Notes: a model not told the origin generated them from the letters alone. Shown: positions 1 through 10,115, numbered from the stretch's first letter. The stretch: 64,000 nucleotides of DNA from a virus (IMGVR_UViG_2757320919_000001:32001-96000), one strand, 5' to 3'. Made by a program: numbers and translations.

Positions 1-981
1 TTCTACTTTAGGTACTTCTTTTAAAATGCATTTTCTAGCCATTATCTTGTCTGATTTTCCTAATTTGTTGTTTATAATACTAGTCCATATTTCTTTCTTA
101 TTGTACCATGAATGTTCAAAAATGTGTAGAAGATGAATACCTTTACTCTCACATTTTAGTGTTTTATCTAAATGATAGTCTTTACCTTTTCCATTACTTT
201 CAGAATGCCAGTAGTCTCCATTACACTCTATTGCTAAGTTATACTTTGGTAAATAAAAATCAAGTTCTTTATCACCTAATACTGAGTAGTCATTTTCTAT
301 ATAGTTATCTAGTAAATTAGATACTTCTTTTTCAAATGAGCTAGTAGAAGGGTTGCATGTAGGACATATTATTTTACCTTGTTTAAAGTTACCATAAGTT
401 CTATTAAAAATATGTCCTTGTATACATCTTACTTTTAATTCATCAGCTAAATTATTTGAAATTATTTCATATCCTAGATTGTTTATATAATTTACTTTAT
501 TAGTATCTTTACATTTTGGACAAGTTGTAAAACCATCTTTGAACTTCCCAAATGCTCTTTTAAAAACATGTCCATTTGAGCATCTTACTTCTAATCCCTT
601 AGATAGATTTTCTGAAACAACCTCATATCCCAAATTATTTAAATAATCTAATTTATTTCGAATATCACATTTAGGACAATTAATTTTGCCATTTTTAAAA
701 TCACCAAATGCTCTTTTAAAAATATGACCTTTTGGGCATTCTACATGTAAACTATCTGCTAAGTTTTCTGAAACCGCTTTATAACCTAAATTATTTAAAT
801 AGTTTAATTTTCCTAGTCTATCACATTCAGGACAATTTACAGAACCTCTTTTAAAATCATCAAACATCCTTCCAAAAATATGGCCATGTTTACATTCAAC
901 TTTTAAACTTTTGGATAAGTTTTCAGAAATAGCTTTATATCCTAAATTGTTTAAAAATATTATTTTTTCGTGGTTAGTCAT
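1..981 (-). CDS. hef: Hef-like endonuclease 1 (4 Zn modules + Vsr-like nuclease); runs off the window start
   Basis: Not in ORF track. Manual translation from ATG at 981: MTNHEKIIFLNNLGY...CKHGHIFGRMFDDF...ELDFYLPKYNLAIECNGDYWHSES...IMARKCILKEV, the same architecture as the other paralogs. Confidence 0.9.
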   Translation of the reverse strand, partial: MTNHEKIIFLNNLGYKAISENLSKSLKVECKHGHIFGRMFDDFKRGSVNCPECDRLGKLNYLNNLGYKAVSENLADSLHVECPKGHIFKRAFGDFKNGKINCPKCDIRNKLDYLNNLGYEVVSENLSKGLEVRCSNGHVFKRAFGKFKDGFTTCPKCKDTNKVNYINNLGYEIISNNLADELKVRCIQGHIFNRTYGNFKQGKIICPTCNPSTSSFEKEVSNLLDNYIENDYSVLGDKELDFYLPKYNLAIECNGDYWHSESNGKGKDYHLDKTLKCESKGIHLLHIFEHSWYNKKEIWTSIINNKLGKSDKIMARKCILKEVPKVE

Positions 982-1007
982 GTGTGTTCCATATTTAGGG
1001 GGATACC

Positions 1008-2054
1008 CTAAATATTATTTTCGGTAGTTTCGTTATTATTAGGCGTAACATTCAGTAAAGAATATTTATATTCTAGAGCATCTACAAAATCTTTATTGGA
1101 AAGTAGCTCACTAAAGAACTCATCAAGCTGCTCTTGTGATGCACTTTTTAAATACAACTTTTTCTCTGTAAATGGATTAAAATGACTATCACCTTGTTTT
1201 TGTAGGAATCCAAGTTCTAGCCCTAGATCAGCCAAACCTGACCATTTATTTATACCGTTATCAAAAGTAACTAAAATAGGTATTTTTGATTTTTCTTTGA
1301 TGAATCTTGATTTTTCAACATTTATTGTAAATTGCCAACCTTGTAAATTCTTTTTACTATCTTTTTCTTGTGCTTTTCCAATAATAAAAATAGTATCAGC
1401 ACTATAAATCACTCCAGTACCACCGGATACCACTTGACCACCCCACAAAGATCCAATATCATCATAAGTATGATTTACAACAACCATAGGGATCTGTTTC
1501 ATAGACAAATAAGGTGTTACAATTCTAAACAAACTCTTGATATGTTTACTTCTTTGCATATCTACAACTGATTTTTCATTTATTGCATTTTCTATTTCTG
1601 CCTTACTTGCTAAGTTTCCTAAGCTATCGAGAATTATTATAACTCTGTCACCATCTTCGATATTTTCTAATTGATTTGCAATATCAAATTTTAATTCCTC
1701 AACATTCATAACTGGTGTATGGATAACTCTTGTTGTATCAATACCAAAGTTTTCCATATAGTTTGGAGTGATACCAAATTCAGAATCATAAAAAATACAT
1801 ACAGCATCAGGATATTTTTGCAAATATGAAGCCATCATTACAAGTGCATAATTACTTTTAAAATGTTTGCTAGGACCTGCAATTACTGTTAGTCCTGGTG
1901 TTAGCCCACCATTAATCTTACCACTTAACGCAAGATTTAACATTGGTACTGGTGTTTCAACAAATTCAGTTTTACCAAAATATTTACTATTTTCAAGTTT
2001 ATTAGTTCTATCTTTTAGAGTGCTATTTTTTAATAATTTATTAATTAATGACAT
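1008..2054 (-). CDS. uvsX: RecA-like recombinase UvsX
   Basis: Walker A variant AGPSKHFKS, FYDSEFG, DSLGNLASK and SGGTG motifs typical of T4 UvsX. Confidence 0.95.
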   Translation of the reverse strand: MSLINKLLKNSTLKDRTNKLENSKYFGKTEFVETPVPMLNLALSGKINGGLTPGLTVIAGPSKHFKSNYALVMMASYLQKYPDAVCIFYDSEFGITPNYMENFGIDTTRVIHTPVMNVEELKFDIANQLENIEDGDRVIIILDSLGNLASKAEIENAINEKSVVDMQRSKHIKSLFRIVTPYLSMKQIPMVVVNHTYDDIGSLWGGQVVSGGTGVIYSADTIFIIGKAQEKDSKKNLQGWQFTINVEKSRFIKEKSKIPILVTFDNGINKWSGLADLGLELGFLQKQGDSHFNPFTEKKLYLKSASQEQLDEFFSELLSNKDFVDALEYKYSLLNVTPNNNETTENNI

Positions 2055-2055
2055 T

Positions 2056-2292
2056 TTAATCCTTTCTAAATTTCTTAATATCTATAACAACATGATGCTG
2101 GCTTACATTTTCTTCATTTATCGCCTCCATAATAAAATTATATACTTCTTTTGATGTTTTATGTTTAATTGTAAACTTGTACTCTTGCAGCCCACATTTA
2201 ATAAATACAATATTAGATGAATCGTCTTTAATTACACTAAATGAGTCTATTTTGCTGACAAAATATATGTTATCATCATTAATAATAACCAT
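2056..2292 (-). CDS. hypothetical protein
   Basis: 78-aa ORF with AAGGA SD, downstream of an early promoter. Confidence 0.7.
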   Translation of the reverse strand: MVIINDDNIYFVSKIDSFSVIKDDSSNIVFIKCGLQEYKFTIKHKTSKEVYNFIMEAINEENVSQHHVVIDIKKFRKD

Positions 2293-2323
2293 TTTATTCC
2301 TTTCGTATAATAAATTTAAGAAT

Positions 2324-2356
2324 ATTATATTACAAATATTCTTAAATATTACTTAA
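2324..2356 (-). promoter_or_regulatory. sigma70-type early promoter TTAAG-N6-TTAAG-N11-TATAAT
   Basis: TTAAG TAATAT TTAAG AATATTTGTAA TATAAT; the motif recurs about 15 times upstream of genes. Confidence 0.8.
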
Positions 2357-2648
2357 CTTGTGAATTAAACTTCTCTATTGAGTTATAAAGATTATTATAG
2401 TTAAATTCAAGATGTTTATATTGATTGTGTATAAGTATAAAATCATTTGGAGATATTAACAGATATTCTTTACCATTAATTTTCTGTTTCATGATTTTAA
2501 CACCTATTTTATGAGGAATGTATTTTTCATCAAGAGGATATTTTAAATACTCTTTTTCAGTAATTGTTATTGTTTTGGTTGCTGTTGAACAGCCAACAAA
2601 CATAAATGCACTAAAAATTAACAATAATATACTGTGTTTCATTCTCAT
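2349..2648 (-). CDS. lipoprotein, probable o-spanin (Rz1-like)
   Basis: Signal peptide with lipobox FVGC; overlaps the 3' end of the adjacent TM/coiled-coil gene. Confidence 0.7.
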   Translation of the reverse strand: MRMKHSILLLIFSAFMFVGCSTATKTITITEKEYLKYPLDEKYIPHKIGVKIMKQKINGKEYLLISPNDFILIHNQYKHLEFNYNNLYNSIEKFNSQVK

Positions 2649-2955
2649 CCTTTCCCATAAATTTTAATTTTTGTATTTTAGTCTCAATATTTTTTATATT
2701 ATTAAGAACTTCCTTATATTTTACTTCTTTTTCTCTAAAAACCTCAATAGTAAGATTATTATAGTTTTTAAGCGCTTCTAATTCCTTTTTAGAATTTTTT
2801 ATATTTTGTGTTAATTGTTTTTCATTTTCAATCAATATAGCATTTGATTTTTCTAATGAAATATATCTATAAGCAGTAAAAGCTAACAAAGATCCTAACA
2901 AAATATAAATTATGTTTGACTTTATAAATGAAAATAAAAAATTAAACATTTGCAT
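2611..2955 (-). CDS. probable i-spanin (Rz-like)
   Basis: N-terminal TM helix followed by coiled coil; overlaps a lipoprotein gene. Confidence 0.7.
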   Translation of the reverse strand: MQMFNFLFSFIKSNIIYILLGSLLAFTAYRYISLEKSNAILIENEKQLTQNIKNSKKELEALKNYNNLTIEVFREKEVKYKEVLNNIKNIETKIQKLKFMGKDENETQYIIVNF

Positions 2956-2998
2956 CCTTTAAATGTTTGATACTCGAAAAAACGAGTATTAAACATGT

Positions 2999-3619
2999 TT
3001 ATTTTTTAGGTTTTACATATAAATCAGAGTCTTCTAAATCAAATTCAGCACCAAAGTTATCAATAACAATTTCCCATTCACCTTCATAATTTTTTATTTT
3101 CATAGCTGAGTTATCATCATAACCAACTCTTACTTTTGAACCAATATCACCTTCATAATATTCCCAATCATATAGCTCATCTTTGATGATATTATCTATA
3201 TTATCAACTTTTGATGCTATAACGCTTGCTAATTTTTGTAGTGATTTTTCATCAAAATTAATTATAATAGGAGGGTATTTTTCTCCATCAAAACTTATGT
3301 TTGCTACTTTTTCGTATATTTCATTTAAAATATCTTCTTTTATACCAGTAACTCTCACTGTTATACAAGGTTTTATTAAGTTTATTCTTATTCGAGCAGT
3401 TCGTTCTTTAACAAAGAATGATATCAGAATTTGTATATCAGAGTCATTAACTATAGAACTTAATTTATAACTGTCTAATATAGTTTTACCATAACTAACA
3501 TTTACCTTTAAATTAGCTTTAGCTATTGGAAGTATTAAACTAGTAATATTATTGCTAATGTTTTTATCGTTGTTTTTTAAATCATTTATAGATTCAACTA
3601 AAAATTTTGAGTATATCAT
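2999..3619 (-). CDS. hypothetical protein, possible internal head protein
   Basis: N-terminus MIYSKFLVES is shared with 3641..4246 and 61058..61357. Confidence 0.6.
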   Translation of the reverse strand: MIYSKFLVESINDLKNNDKNISNNITSLILPIAKANLKVNVSYGKTILDSYKLSSIVNDSDIQILISFFVKERTARIRINLIKPCITVRVTGIKEDILNEIYEKVANISFDGEKYPPIIINFDEKSLQKLASVIASKVDNIDNIIKDELYDWEYYEGDIGSKVRVGYDDNSAMKIKNYEGEWEIVIDNFGAEFDLEDSDLYVKPKK

Positions 3620-3640
3620 ACTTATATCCTTTTCAATTAT

Positions 3641-4246
3641 TTATATTTTTTGAATAATTAGTGATGAATTTAAATAATTATACTTTGTACCAACTTGATA
3701 ATTTACTTTAATAACCTTATCGTTTTTCAAAGTAAATATCATACTTTCTTCATAATTATTAAATAATTCTATAACATTTTTGCCTATATTACCTTCTACT
3801 ATTTTAAATTGTTTTGATTTAAGTTCATTTTGTATAATATCAGTAAAATTATTTATATAATATTCTTTTTCGAGTAATCTTGCAACATTATATTCTGTTA
3901 TCATATCCAATTTAAGTGATAATACAGGTTCATCTTTACTCTTGCAATTTTTAAGTTTATCTTCTATTGATTTTAAAGCATCTTTTTTTAAATCTGTTAC
4001 ATTAACAACTATGGATGGCTCAATTTTCTTATAATTTCCAATATTATAATGCTCAAATACTCCAAATATTTCAATGTCTAAACATATATCTTTCAACTTG
4101 CCTTCTTCAATAGATCTATCATTTAAAAACATCACATATTCTATATTATCTTGTATTACAGGTAATATTAGTTTGCGTAATTTTATATCATTTTTTGCAA
4201 ATACCCATAAGTTTTCAGATGATTCATTTAAAAATTTTGAATACAT
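3641..4246 (-). CDS. hypothetical protein, possible internal head protein (paralog of neighbour)
   Basis: N-terminus MYSKFLNES; IEPSIVVNVT vs IKPCITVRVT and EGNIG vs EGDIG similarity to 2999..3619. Confidence 0.6.
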   Translation of the reverse strand: MYSKFLNESSENLWVFAKNDIKLRKLILPVIQDNIEYVMFLNDRSIEEGKLKDICLDIEIFGVFEHYNIGNYKKIEPSIVVNVTDLKKDALKSIEDKLKNCKSKDEPVLSLKLDMITEYNVARLLEKEYYINNFTDIIQNELKSKQFKIVEGNIGKNVIELFNNYEESMIFTLKNDKVIKVNYQVGTKYNYLNSSLIIQKI

Positions 4247-4262
4247 TATATTTAGATCCTTT

Positions 4263-5225
4263 TCAACTATTTTTATATTTTATATCATATTTTATAAGAG
4301 CAGCTACTAAAGCGCTTAGACATAATTCTCTATCTCTACTTGTCCTATCATGATCGCTATAATGTTCTATAAGCATTACAGCTTGTGGAATACTTTCTAA
4401 TTCAAAAATGTTATCTATATTTTTAAACAAATACTGGTAAAAACCACTATAACTTACTGTTTGTGCTATAATTTTTCTAGCTTCAGTAAAATTTTTTTTC
4501 TTTAAAGCTTCAATTAAATTAGAATAATTATTAATAGTTTCAAACACTTTTTCATCTATTACTAATTTATTATCAATTGTATTGTGTTGCATAACTATTA
4601 ACATTTCTCTTATACATGGGTAAAAACATTGAATAAGTTTCTGTAAATCTTTCTTATCATATTCTACTTTTTCATTTTGTAGTATAAATTCTAACCTATC
4701 AAGTATTTTAACACCTAGTTCGGTTTTATTATCATTAAACTCTTTATCAAAGTCTATACATGTAACACGAGTTAAAATAGGTTCTATTAGTCTATCAGTA
4801 TAATTTGCTGTTAATATAAATCTACAATTTTGGGTATATTCATCTAATATATCACGGATTGAGCGTTGTAATTCATTTGTCATTCCATCACATTCTGATA
4901 GAGATATAATTTTTAATGAACCATCTATTGAAACACTGCTTGCAAATGATGTAATTTTATTTCTAGCAAGATCCACTCCACTTTCTTTTGATGAGTTGAT
5001 AAATAAATGTGTTGCACCTAGCTCATTACATATTGCTTTATTTAATGATGTTTTTCCTGTTCCTGGTGTATTACTAAAGAAACCCAAATTTGGAATTTCA
5101 CCAGAATTGATCCATTCTTTTATTTTTGCATAAAGTTTATCAGGCAATATCATATCATCTATTTTATATGGTCTATATTTTTCTGCCCATACATATTCTT
5201 TTTCGTTTATACTTTTCAAAATCAA
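4263..5225 (-). CDS. 44: clamp loader large subunit (gp44)
   Basis: WAEKYRP, PGTGKT, RFILTAN RFC motifs. Confidence 0.95.
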   Translation of the reverse strand: MILKSINEKEYVWAEKYRPYKIDDMILPDKLYAKIKEWINSGEIPNLGFFSNTPGTGKTSLNKAICNELGATHLFINSSKESGVDLARNKITSFASSVSIDGSLKIISLSECDGMTNELQRSIRDILDEYTQNCRFILTANYTDRLIEPILTRVTCIDFDKEFNDNKTELGVKILDRLEFILQNEKVEYDKKDLQKLIQCFYPCIREMLIVMQHNTIDNKLVIDEKVFETINNYSNLIEALKKKNFTEARKIIAQTVSYSGFYQYLFKNIDNIFELESIPQAVMLIEHYSDHDRTSRDRELCLSALVAALIKYDIKYKNS

Positions 5226-5242
5226 TCCTTTCTTTTTTAGTT

Positions 5243-5275
5243 ATTATATAATAGTTTTACTTAAAATTACCTTAA
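5243..5275 (-). promoter_or_regulatory. early promoter (TTAAG-N6-TTAAG-N11-TATAAT)
   Basis: TTAAG GTAATT TTAAG TAAAACTATTA TATAAT upstream of gene 44. Confidence 0.8.
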
Positions 5276-5276
5276 T

Positions 5277-5834
5277 CTATAATACTTCGCCTTCAATTTG
5301 TTTAAATACAGTTTTTATGTAATCTTTTGATTCATCTGTAAACTTTAAAAACTTAAAAACATTCAAAATACTTTCACATATAATAGTATTGTTTATACCA
5401 TTAAAATCTTTAATATTATATAACATTAGATACCAATACACAGTAACGAAAGATATTTGTTTTTTATTATATTCACGCATTACTTCTTTAAACATCGGTT
5501 TTTTGTATTTCTCTTCTAATGATGTTATGTCTTTTTTTATTATATTTTTATAGAATTTTATTGTGTTTTTAAATTTCTCATATTCTGTTTTATTGTAATT
5601 TCTTAAATAATCACATAAACCATAAATACTAGATGGACTGTATTTAAACATTATATATACACACAATAAAATGAAGTCACCTCTATCAGAAAAGTTTAAC
5701 GGATAAAAACCTATTTTTTTATTCATTATATCTTTGCTATGAGATACACATAATAATTTTTCTTTTAAGTTTTTTTGAAATGTAAGAAACACTCCATTAG
5801 AAATATTGTAAATATCATAATAGTGCAATTTCAT
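5277..5834 (-). CDS. hypothetical protein, possibly gp59-like helicase loader
   Basis: 185-aa helical, Tyr/Lys-rich ORF directly after a gp33-like gene, matching T4 33-59 synteny; inference only. Confidence 0.45.
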   Translation of the reverse strand: MKLHYYDIYNISNGVFLTFQKNLKEKLLCVSHSKDIMNKKIGFYPLNFSDRGDFILLCVYIMFKYSPSSIYGLCDYLRNYNKTEYEKFKNTIKFYKNIIKKDITSLEEKYKKPMFKEVMREYNKKQISFVTVYWYLMLYNIKDFNGINNTIICESILNVFKFLKFTDESKDYIKTVFKQIEGEVL

Positions 5835-5844
5835 GCAGTATTCC

Positions 5845-6102
5845 TTACTCCCATATATCTATGTCGCTTTGGTTTGGATCATATCTTGTAAATTTGAATT
5901 TTTTTAAGTCTTTCTCAACAATATCCCTGAATATTGCATAGTCAGACAATTCTGATGCTATTAATTCAGGCTCCATATTAATATGATTTCCAAATTCAAT
6001 TATAACATCTAAAATACAATCATCCATCATATCTTTTTGTTTTCTAAACTCAAAGAGCTTATTAAAAAGCTCTGTTTTACTTTCCACTACTTCCCCATCC
6101 AC
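5845..6102 (-). CDS. 33: gp33-like late transcription coactivator
   Basis: ILDVIIEF...MEPELIASEL pattern and small acidic size resemble gp33. Confidence 0.6.
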   Translation of the reverse strand: MDGEVVESKTELFNKLFEFRKQKDMMDDCILDVIIEFGNHINMEPELIASELSDYAIFRDIVEKDLKKFKFTRYDPNQSDIDIWE

Positions 6103-6523
6103 CGTTATTACCTCTAACTAAATTTTTTGTAATGTTATCAAAATCATCTTTTGATATGTTTTCTATTTTACTTTCATTACATTTTAATAACTCAAACTGA
6201 CAATACTTATCACCTTTTTTTATAGTGTATGGTTCCTTACCAAAATTATACACTTTTACTTTTAAATTTCCACTCCAAGAAGCATCTAATATACCAGGAT
6301 AAACAAATAAATCTTTTATAAACCCTAGACTACTTCTAGTGTTAAATCTTATATAATATCCATCTGGAATTATTAATCTAACACCATTTTCAACATACTC
6401 AAACCCACCAGGTTGAATTGTTTTATCTTCTATTGAAAACATATCATAACAAGCAGAGCCCATTACTGATATTTCTGGTAATTTTGCATTACTATCTTCT
6501 AACCATGTTTTTAATACACACAT
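6077..6523 (-). CDS. dut: trimeric dUTPase
   Basis: SACYD, RSSLG, GILDASWSG, C-terminal RG..GWGSSG motifs. Confidence 0.92.
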   Translation of the reverse strand: MCVLKTWLEDSNAKLPEISVMGSACYDMFSIEDKTIQPGGFEYVENGVRLIIPDGYYIRFNTRSSLGFIKDLFVYPGILDASWSGNLKVKVYNFGKEPYTIKKGDKYCQFELLKCNESKIENISKDDFDNITKNLVRGNNGGWGSSGK

Positions 6524-6918
6524 ATTTTTATCCTATTGATTAAAAGTAGTGATTCATCATTAAAATCATATATTTCTACAAAATTATCAATTAGGTCAAG
6601 TAATACATTAATACTTATTTTAAAAGATATTTCAAGTAATGATTGTGGGTTTTTGTTTATTATATTTTCTAAATTATCCTTCATAAGTACTGACAAAACA
6701 GTCCCATAACATGGTAGTTTTGTATCATCATCTAATTTAACAGATATACAGTTCAATTTTATTTTTTTATTTTCTATACTTTTACTTTCTCTAACATTTT
6801 CTTTTAATAATTCATAAGTATGAGAAAAGTTTTCACTAATCAACAATATTGGGTTTAATTTCACCAACTCTTCAACCATATTTAAAATTTCTATATTTTT
6901 CATTTTTACCTCTTTCAA
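6511..6918 (-). CDS. hypothetical protein
   Basis: ORF overlapping both neighbours in an operon. Confidence 0.7.
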   Translation of the reverse strand: MKEVKMKNIEILNMVEELVKLNPILLISENFSHTYELLKENVRESKSIENKKIKLNCISVKLDDDTKLPCYGTVLSVLMKDNLENIINKNPQSLLEISFKISINVLLDLIDNFVEIYDFNDESLLLINRIKICVY

Positions 6919-8183
6919 TTTAATAATGCATGAATGCCTGTTACAGCAGCTGGAATAATACCTCTTGTAATAGCTGAATCACCTACAAAAAAGACATTTT
7001 TGCCAAAATCCTGTACTGTAAAATTATTATTATAACTAACTCTAGGGCCTATTATTTTTATTTCTGGAAAATATCCTTTCCATTCCTTTATATCTAGTAT
7101 ATCACAAAGTTCCTTAACAAATTCTGAAAGTGAATCACCTAAGTTATCAAAATAATTTAAAAACTCTAAAGATGAGTTCTGATTTAATTCATAAATTTTA
7201 CCATTAGTAATAGTTTCTATTTGTGATAAATAATCTTCTACATTTACATTTTTAAAAGAACCTAAAATAGCCCAGTTGGATTTTCCAGTCCATTTGTTTT
7301 TTACATGTAATCCATAAGCGTGTCCATTTGCTTGTTCTCTAATAGGAATAGAATACCCTTTTACTTTTTCTGTTACAACTTCTGCTGTTCCATGATTAAC
7401 ACAAAATGTTCTTAACTCTTTAAGATGATTTTTGTTAATATTTTTAGAGAACTTAAAATCGTATTGAATATTGTTTGCTAGCTCTTGAATTGTATTATTA
7501 TATTCACACTCAAATCTAAATCCTATATGAATTTGGTCAGCAACAGATTTAATATTGTTTAATTCAAAGGTTTCTTTAATATCTTTCATACCACTTCTAC
7601 CAAGACCTATAAAAAGTTTATCATAAGTTATATATGATTCAACACCATTTGTATCTCTTACTGTTATGCATTTATCAAGTTTTGAAGGAATATATGTAGA
7701 GTTACAATAAATTGTAACACCTTTATCTTCAAGCCATTTTATCATGTTTTTACACATTTCAAGCCCCAAAGTTGAACCTACATGATAACACTCAGATTGT
7801 TTTAAAGCTATATCACCATAACCACTTACAAACTTTGATCCTGTTTCAACTGGTTGTGTTATGTGTATAGAAGCATTTTCTGGTAAAAACATTTTAAATA
7901 ATTTATTTTTAAAAAAATCATAGTATTCTAAAACTTGTTGCTTATTAATATACTCAAATATAGGTTGATCATCATGTAGTGAAAATACATTCTTATTATC
8001 ACTAAATGCACCACCACCTAGGAGACCATTTACAATATCTATTGTCGGTATCCTATCATTAATGTGTTTCCCTTTCTCAATAATAATTACTTCATCATGT
8101 TTCATATTAATAATATTATTCATAATACCATAACAAATAGTGTATATATTTGCTACACCACCACCTATAAATACATATTTCAT
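6915..8183 (-). CDS. FAD-dependent oxidoreductase
   Basis: Rossmann YVFIGGGVA...IIIEKG, GLLGGGAFSD, C-terminal FFVGDSAITRGI. Confidence 0.85.
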   Translation of the reverse strand: MKYVFIGGGVANIYTICYGIMNNIINMKHDEVIIIEKGKHINDRIPTIDIVNGLLGGGAFSDNKNVFSLHDDQPIFEYINKQQVLEYYDFFKNKLFKMFLPENASIHITQPVETGSKFVSGYGDIALKQSECYHVGSTLGLEMCKNMIKWLEDKGVTIYCNSTYIPSKLDKCITVRDTNGVESYITYDKLFIGLGRSGMKDIKETFELNNIKSVADQIHIGFRFECEYNNTIQELANNIQYDFKFSKNINKNHLKELRTFCVNHGTAEVVTEKVKGYSIPIREQANGHAYGLHVKNKWTGKSNWAILGSFKNVNVEDYLSQIETITNGKIYELNQNSSLEFLNYFDNLGDSLSEFVKELCDILDIKEWKGYFPEIKIIGPRVSYNNNFTVQDFGKNVFFVGDSAITRGIIPAAVTGIHALLN

Positions 8184-8235
8184 ATAACCTTCCTTAATTG
8201 TAGTTATTATACAATAATTTATATTAGGAAAACCT

Positions 8236-8640
8236 TTAACTAAAGGTTCTCTTAGTTAAATCATAATTACCATGTAATAAATAATCAAAATAGAAAAATA
8301 TTTTCTTTAACTCTGATTTATTATCATCTTTACTGCCAAGTCTTGAAACATATTTTACTATGTTACCTTCACAAAAATTCAAATTATTTTTATATATAAA
8401 ATCAATGGGTTCTATTGCTAGTTTGGTATAATGCTCAGGTATTACCTCTTCTTTATCGCTATGTTTACATGATGATGCTTTATAATACTCTTGTTTAATA
8501 GCTTTAAATACATCCATATACTCGGGATCTTGTATAGCAACAACATTTTTATTGTTTATGTAGCTAAGTTGTGTTATTAAGTATATCTGAAATTCATTAA
8601 AATTATTACTATTACAATACTGTTCAAAACTATAACTCAT
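8236..8640 (-). CDS. DUF3310-family protein (T7 gp1.7-like, putative nucleotide kinase)
   Basis: PEHY...IEPIDFI...FCEGNIVKYVSR...K...ELKK motif. Confidence 0.8.
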   Translation of the reverse strand: MSYSFEQYCNSNNFNEFQIYLITQLSYINNKNVVAIQDPEYMDVFKAIKQEYYKASSCKHSDKEEVIPEHYTKLAIEPIDFIYKNNLNFCEGNIVKYVSRLGSKDDNKSELKKIFFYFDYLLHGNYDLTKRTFS

Positions 8641-8643
8641 TTT

Positions 8644-8856
8644 TTATCCTAATATTAATTTACTATTATTTGATTGCTTATTAATAGCATCTTTTATAAT
8701 AGTTTCCAATTCTGTTAGATTTTCTACTATTTTCTGAGTATCAATATCAGATAACACCAACTCTCCAACATAAGACTGTAATATTTTATTAATATCATTA
8801 ATTTTATTTTTTATAGTCATCACTACTCCTTTATTATATTTGAAATTATACAACAT
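8644..8856 (-). CDS. hypothetical protein (true start probably near 8820)
   Basis: AAGGAG SD precedes V/MTIKNK; a promoter at 8845-8877 overlaps the annotated start. Confidence 0.65.
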   Translation of the reverse strand: MLYNFKYNKGVVMTIKNKINDINKILQSYVGELVLSDIDTQKIVENLTELETIIKDAINKQSNNSKLILG

Positions 8857-8873
8857 TTAACCTTAAGGTTATC

Positions 8874-9455
8874 TTAGTTGTATATTATTTTAATATTTTT
8901 TATATACATGTTATAACTATACTGGGCTAAATCTAACCCACTTTTATTCAAGTATTTGTCATACCCCTTTCCCTTGTAATAATGTAATATTTCTAAGTCA
9001 TCATTAGTTTTATATCTTTTCTTAATATCATTTATTACAATAGCAGTAGCTTCTATTTGATTTTTTAACGAGTTTATATGTTTTATATTATGTTTGGCTA
9101 ATACCATTTTCCACATTTTGTAATTTATTCCACTTATTCCCTTAACATTATTATGTTTATGTTTTACTTTATATTTGAAGTATGATTCTGATTGTATTAA
9201 CGACATTATAAAAACTGGATTTAGATTATATTTTAAAGATACTTCAAATATGTAGTTTGTTATTTCAGTAGCGTTTTTGTTATTATATTTTGAAATGTGG
9301 TTTATCATATTTTGTTTTAAATATGATAACCTTTCTTGAATAATACCTTCAAGATTATATTTAGCATGAAAAATAACTGATTGTGATGTTGTTGTAAATA
9401 CAATGCATACAAAAATAAAAATATATGTTAGCTTTTTCATTACAGCTTTTTTCAA
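8874..9455 (-). CDS. soluble lytic transglycosylase (SLT) family protein with N-terminal signal/anchor
   Basis: KYNLNPVFIMSLIQSES catalytic Glu motif, GISGIN, N-terminal hydrophobic stretch. Confidence 0.8.
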   Translation of the reverse strand: MKKAVMKKLTYIFIFVCIVFTTTSQSVIFHAKYNLEGIIQERLSYLKQNMINHISKYNNKNATEITNYIFEVSLKYNLNPVFIMSLIQSESYFKYKVKHKHNNVKGISGINYKMWKMVLAKHNIKHINSLKNQIEATAIVINDIKKRYKTNDDLEILHYYKGKGYDKYLNKSGLDLAQYSYNMYIKNIKIIYN

Positions 9456-9459
9456 TATT

Positions 9460-10095
9460 TTAATAATATTGTTTTAGTAGTTTTTCACACCCCTTAAACT
9501 TTAGCTTTCTTTGTTTTGGATTCCTACAATAAATAGTGATTTTCAATCTTTTTTCCAATGCTTTTTTGTATTTTTTTATAGCTCTTTCTGGTATCTCATC
9601 TAATGATATACTATCCCACATGTTATCACACATTTTTGCTTCTACTGAAATATATAAACTTGTGATATATCTTCTAAAGTCACCAATTTTTAAACACAAA
9701 CTATTTGCTAGTGCATAAAATAATGGTCCTTTTCTTGGAGTCCATTTTGCAGCTAACTGGTTTTTTAATCTCAACTCTTTTGAATAAAATGCCAATATTT
9801 TTTCTTTGTTAGAATTACTTGCAACTTTGTACATCTCATTTAAATCTTTAAAACAGCCATATTTTACAACAGATGTTAAAAACATGTCATTAATATTATT
9901 TGTTTTTTCAGCGATATATTTTAGAAGTAAAATTGAATTTTTTATATTTCCTCCATTTACATCTCTGGCCCATAATAAAATCTGCATTGCTTGTTTTTTA
10001 TCTTCCTGTTTGGCATATTTGAATAATTTTATAAGATAATTAATATCTTTTGAGTAAAATAACGCTTTTGCAAAATTTTTACAATTAAATTTCAT
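9460..10095 (-). CDS. DUF2828 / TROVE(Ro60)-related protein, no obvious vWA domain
   Basis: LLWARDVNGG, KYGCFKDL, LAAKWTPR and VEAKMC..W motifs; ATG at 10095 with AAGGA SD. Confidence 0.7.
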   Translation of the reverse strand: MKFNCKNFAKALFYSKDINYLIKLFKYAKQEDKKQAMQILLWARDVNGGNIKNSILLLKYIAEKTNNINDMFLTSVVKYGCFKDLNEMYKVASNSNKEKILAFYSKELRLKNQLAAKWTPRKGPLFYALANSLCLKIGDFRRYITSLYISVEAKMCDNMWDSISLDEIPERAIKKYKKALEKRLKITIYCRNPKQRKLKFKGCEKLLKQYY

Positions 10096-10115
10096 ATCGT
10101 TCCTTTTATGTTTAG

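Noticed and set aside
998-1002. G5 run as a possible phase-variable poly-G tract
   Set aside because: Too short, intergenic and part of a hairpin arm; I saw no long G tract in the window.
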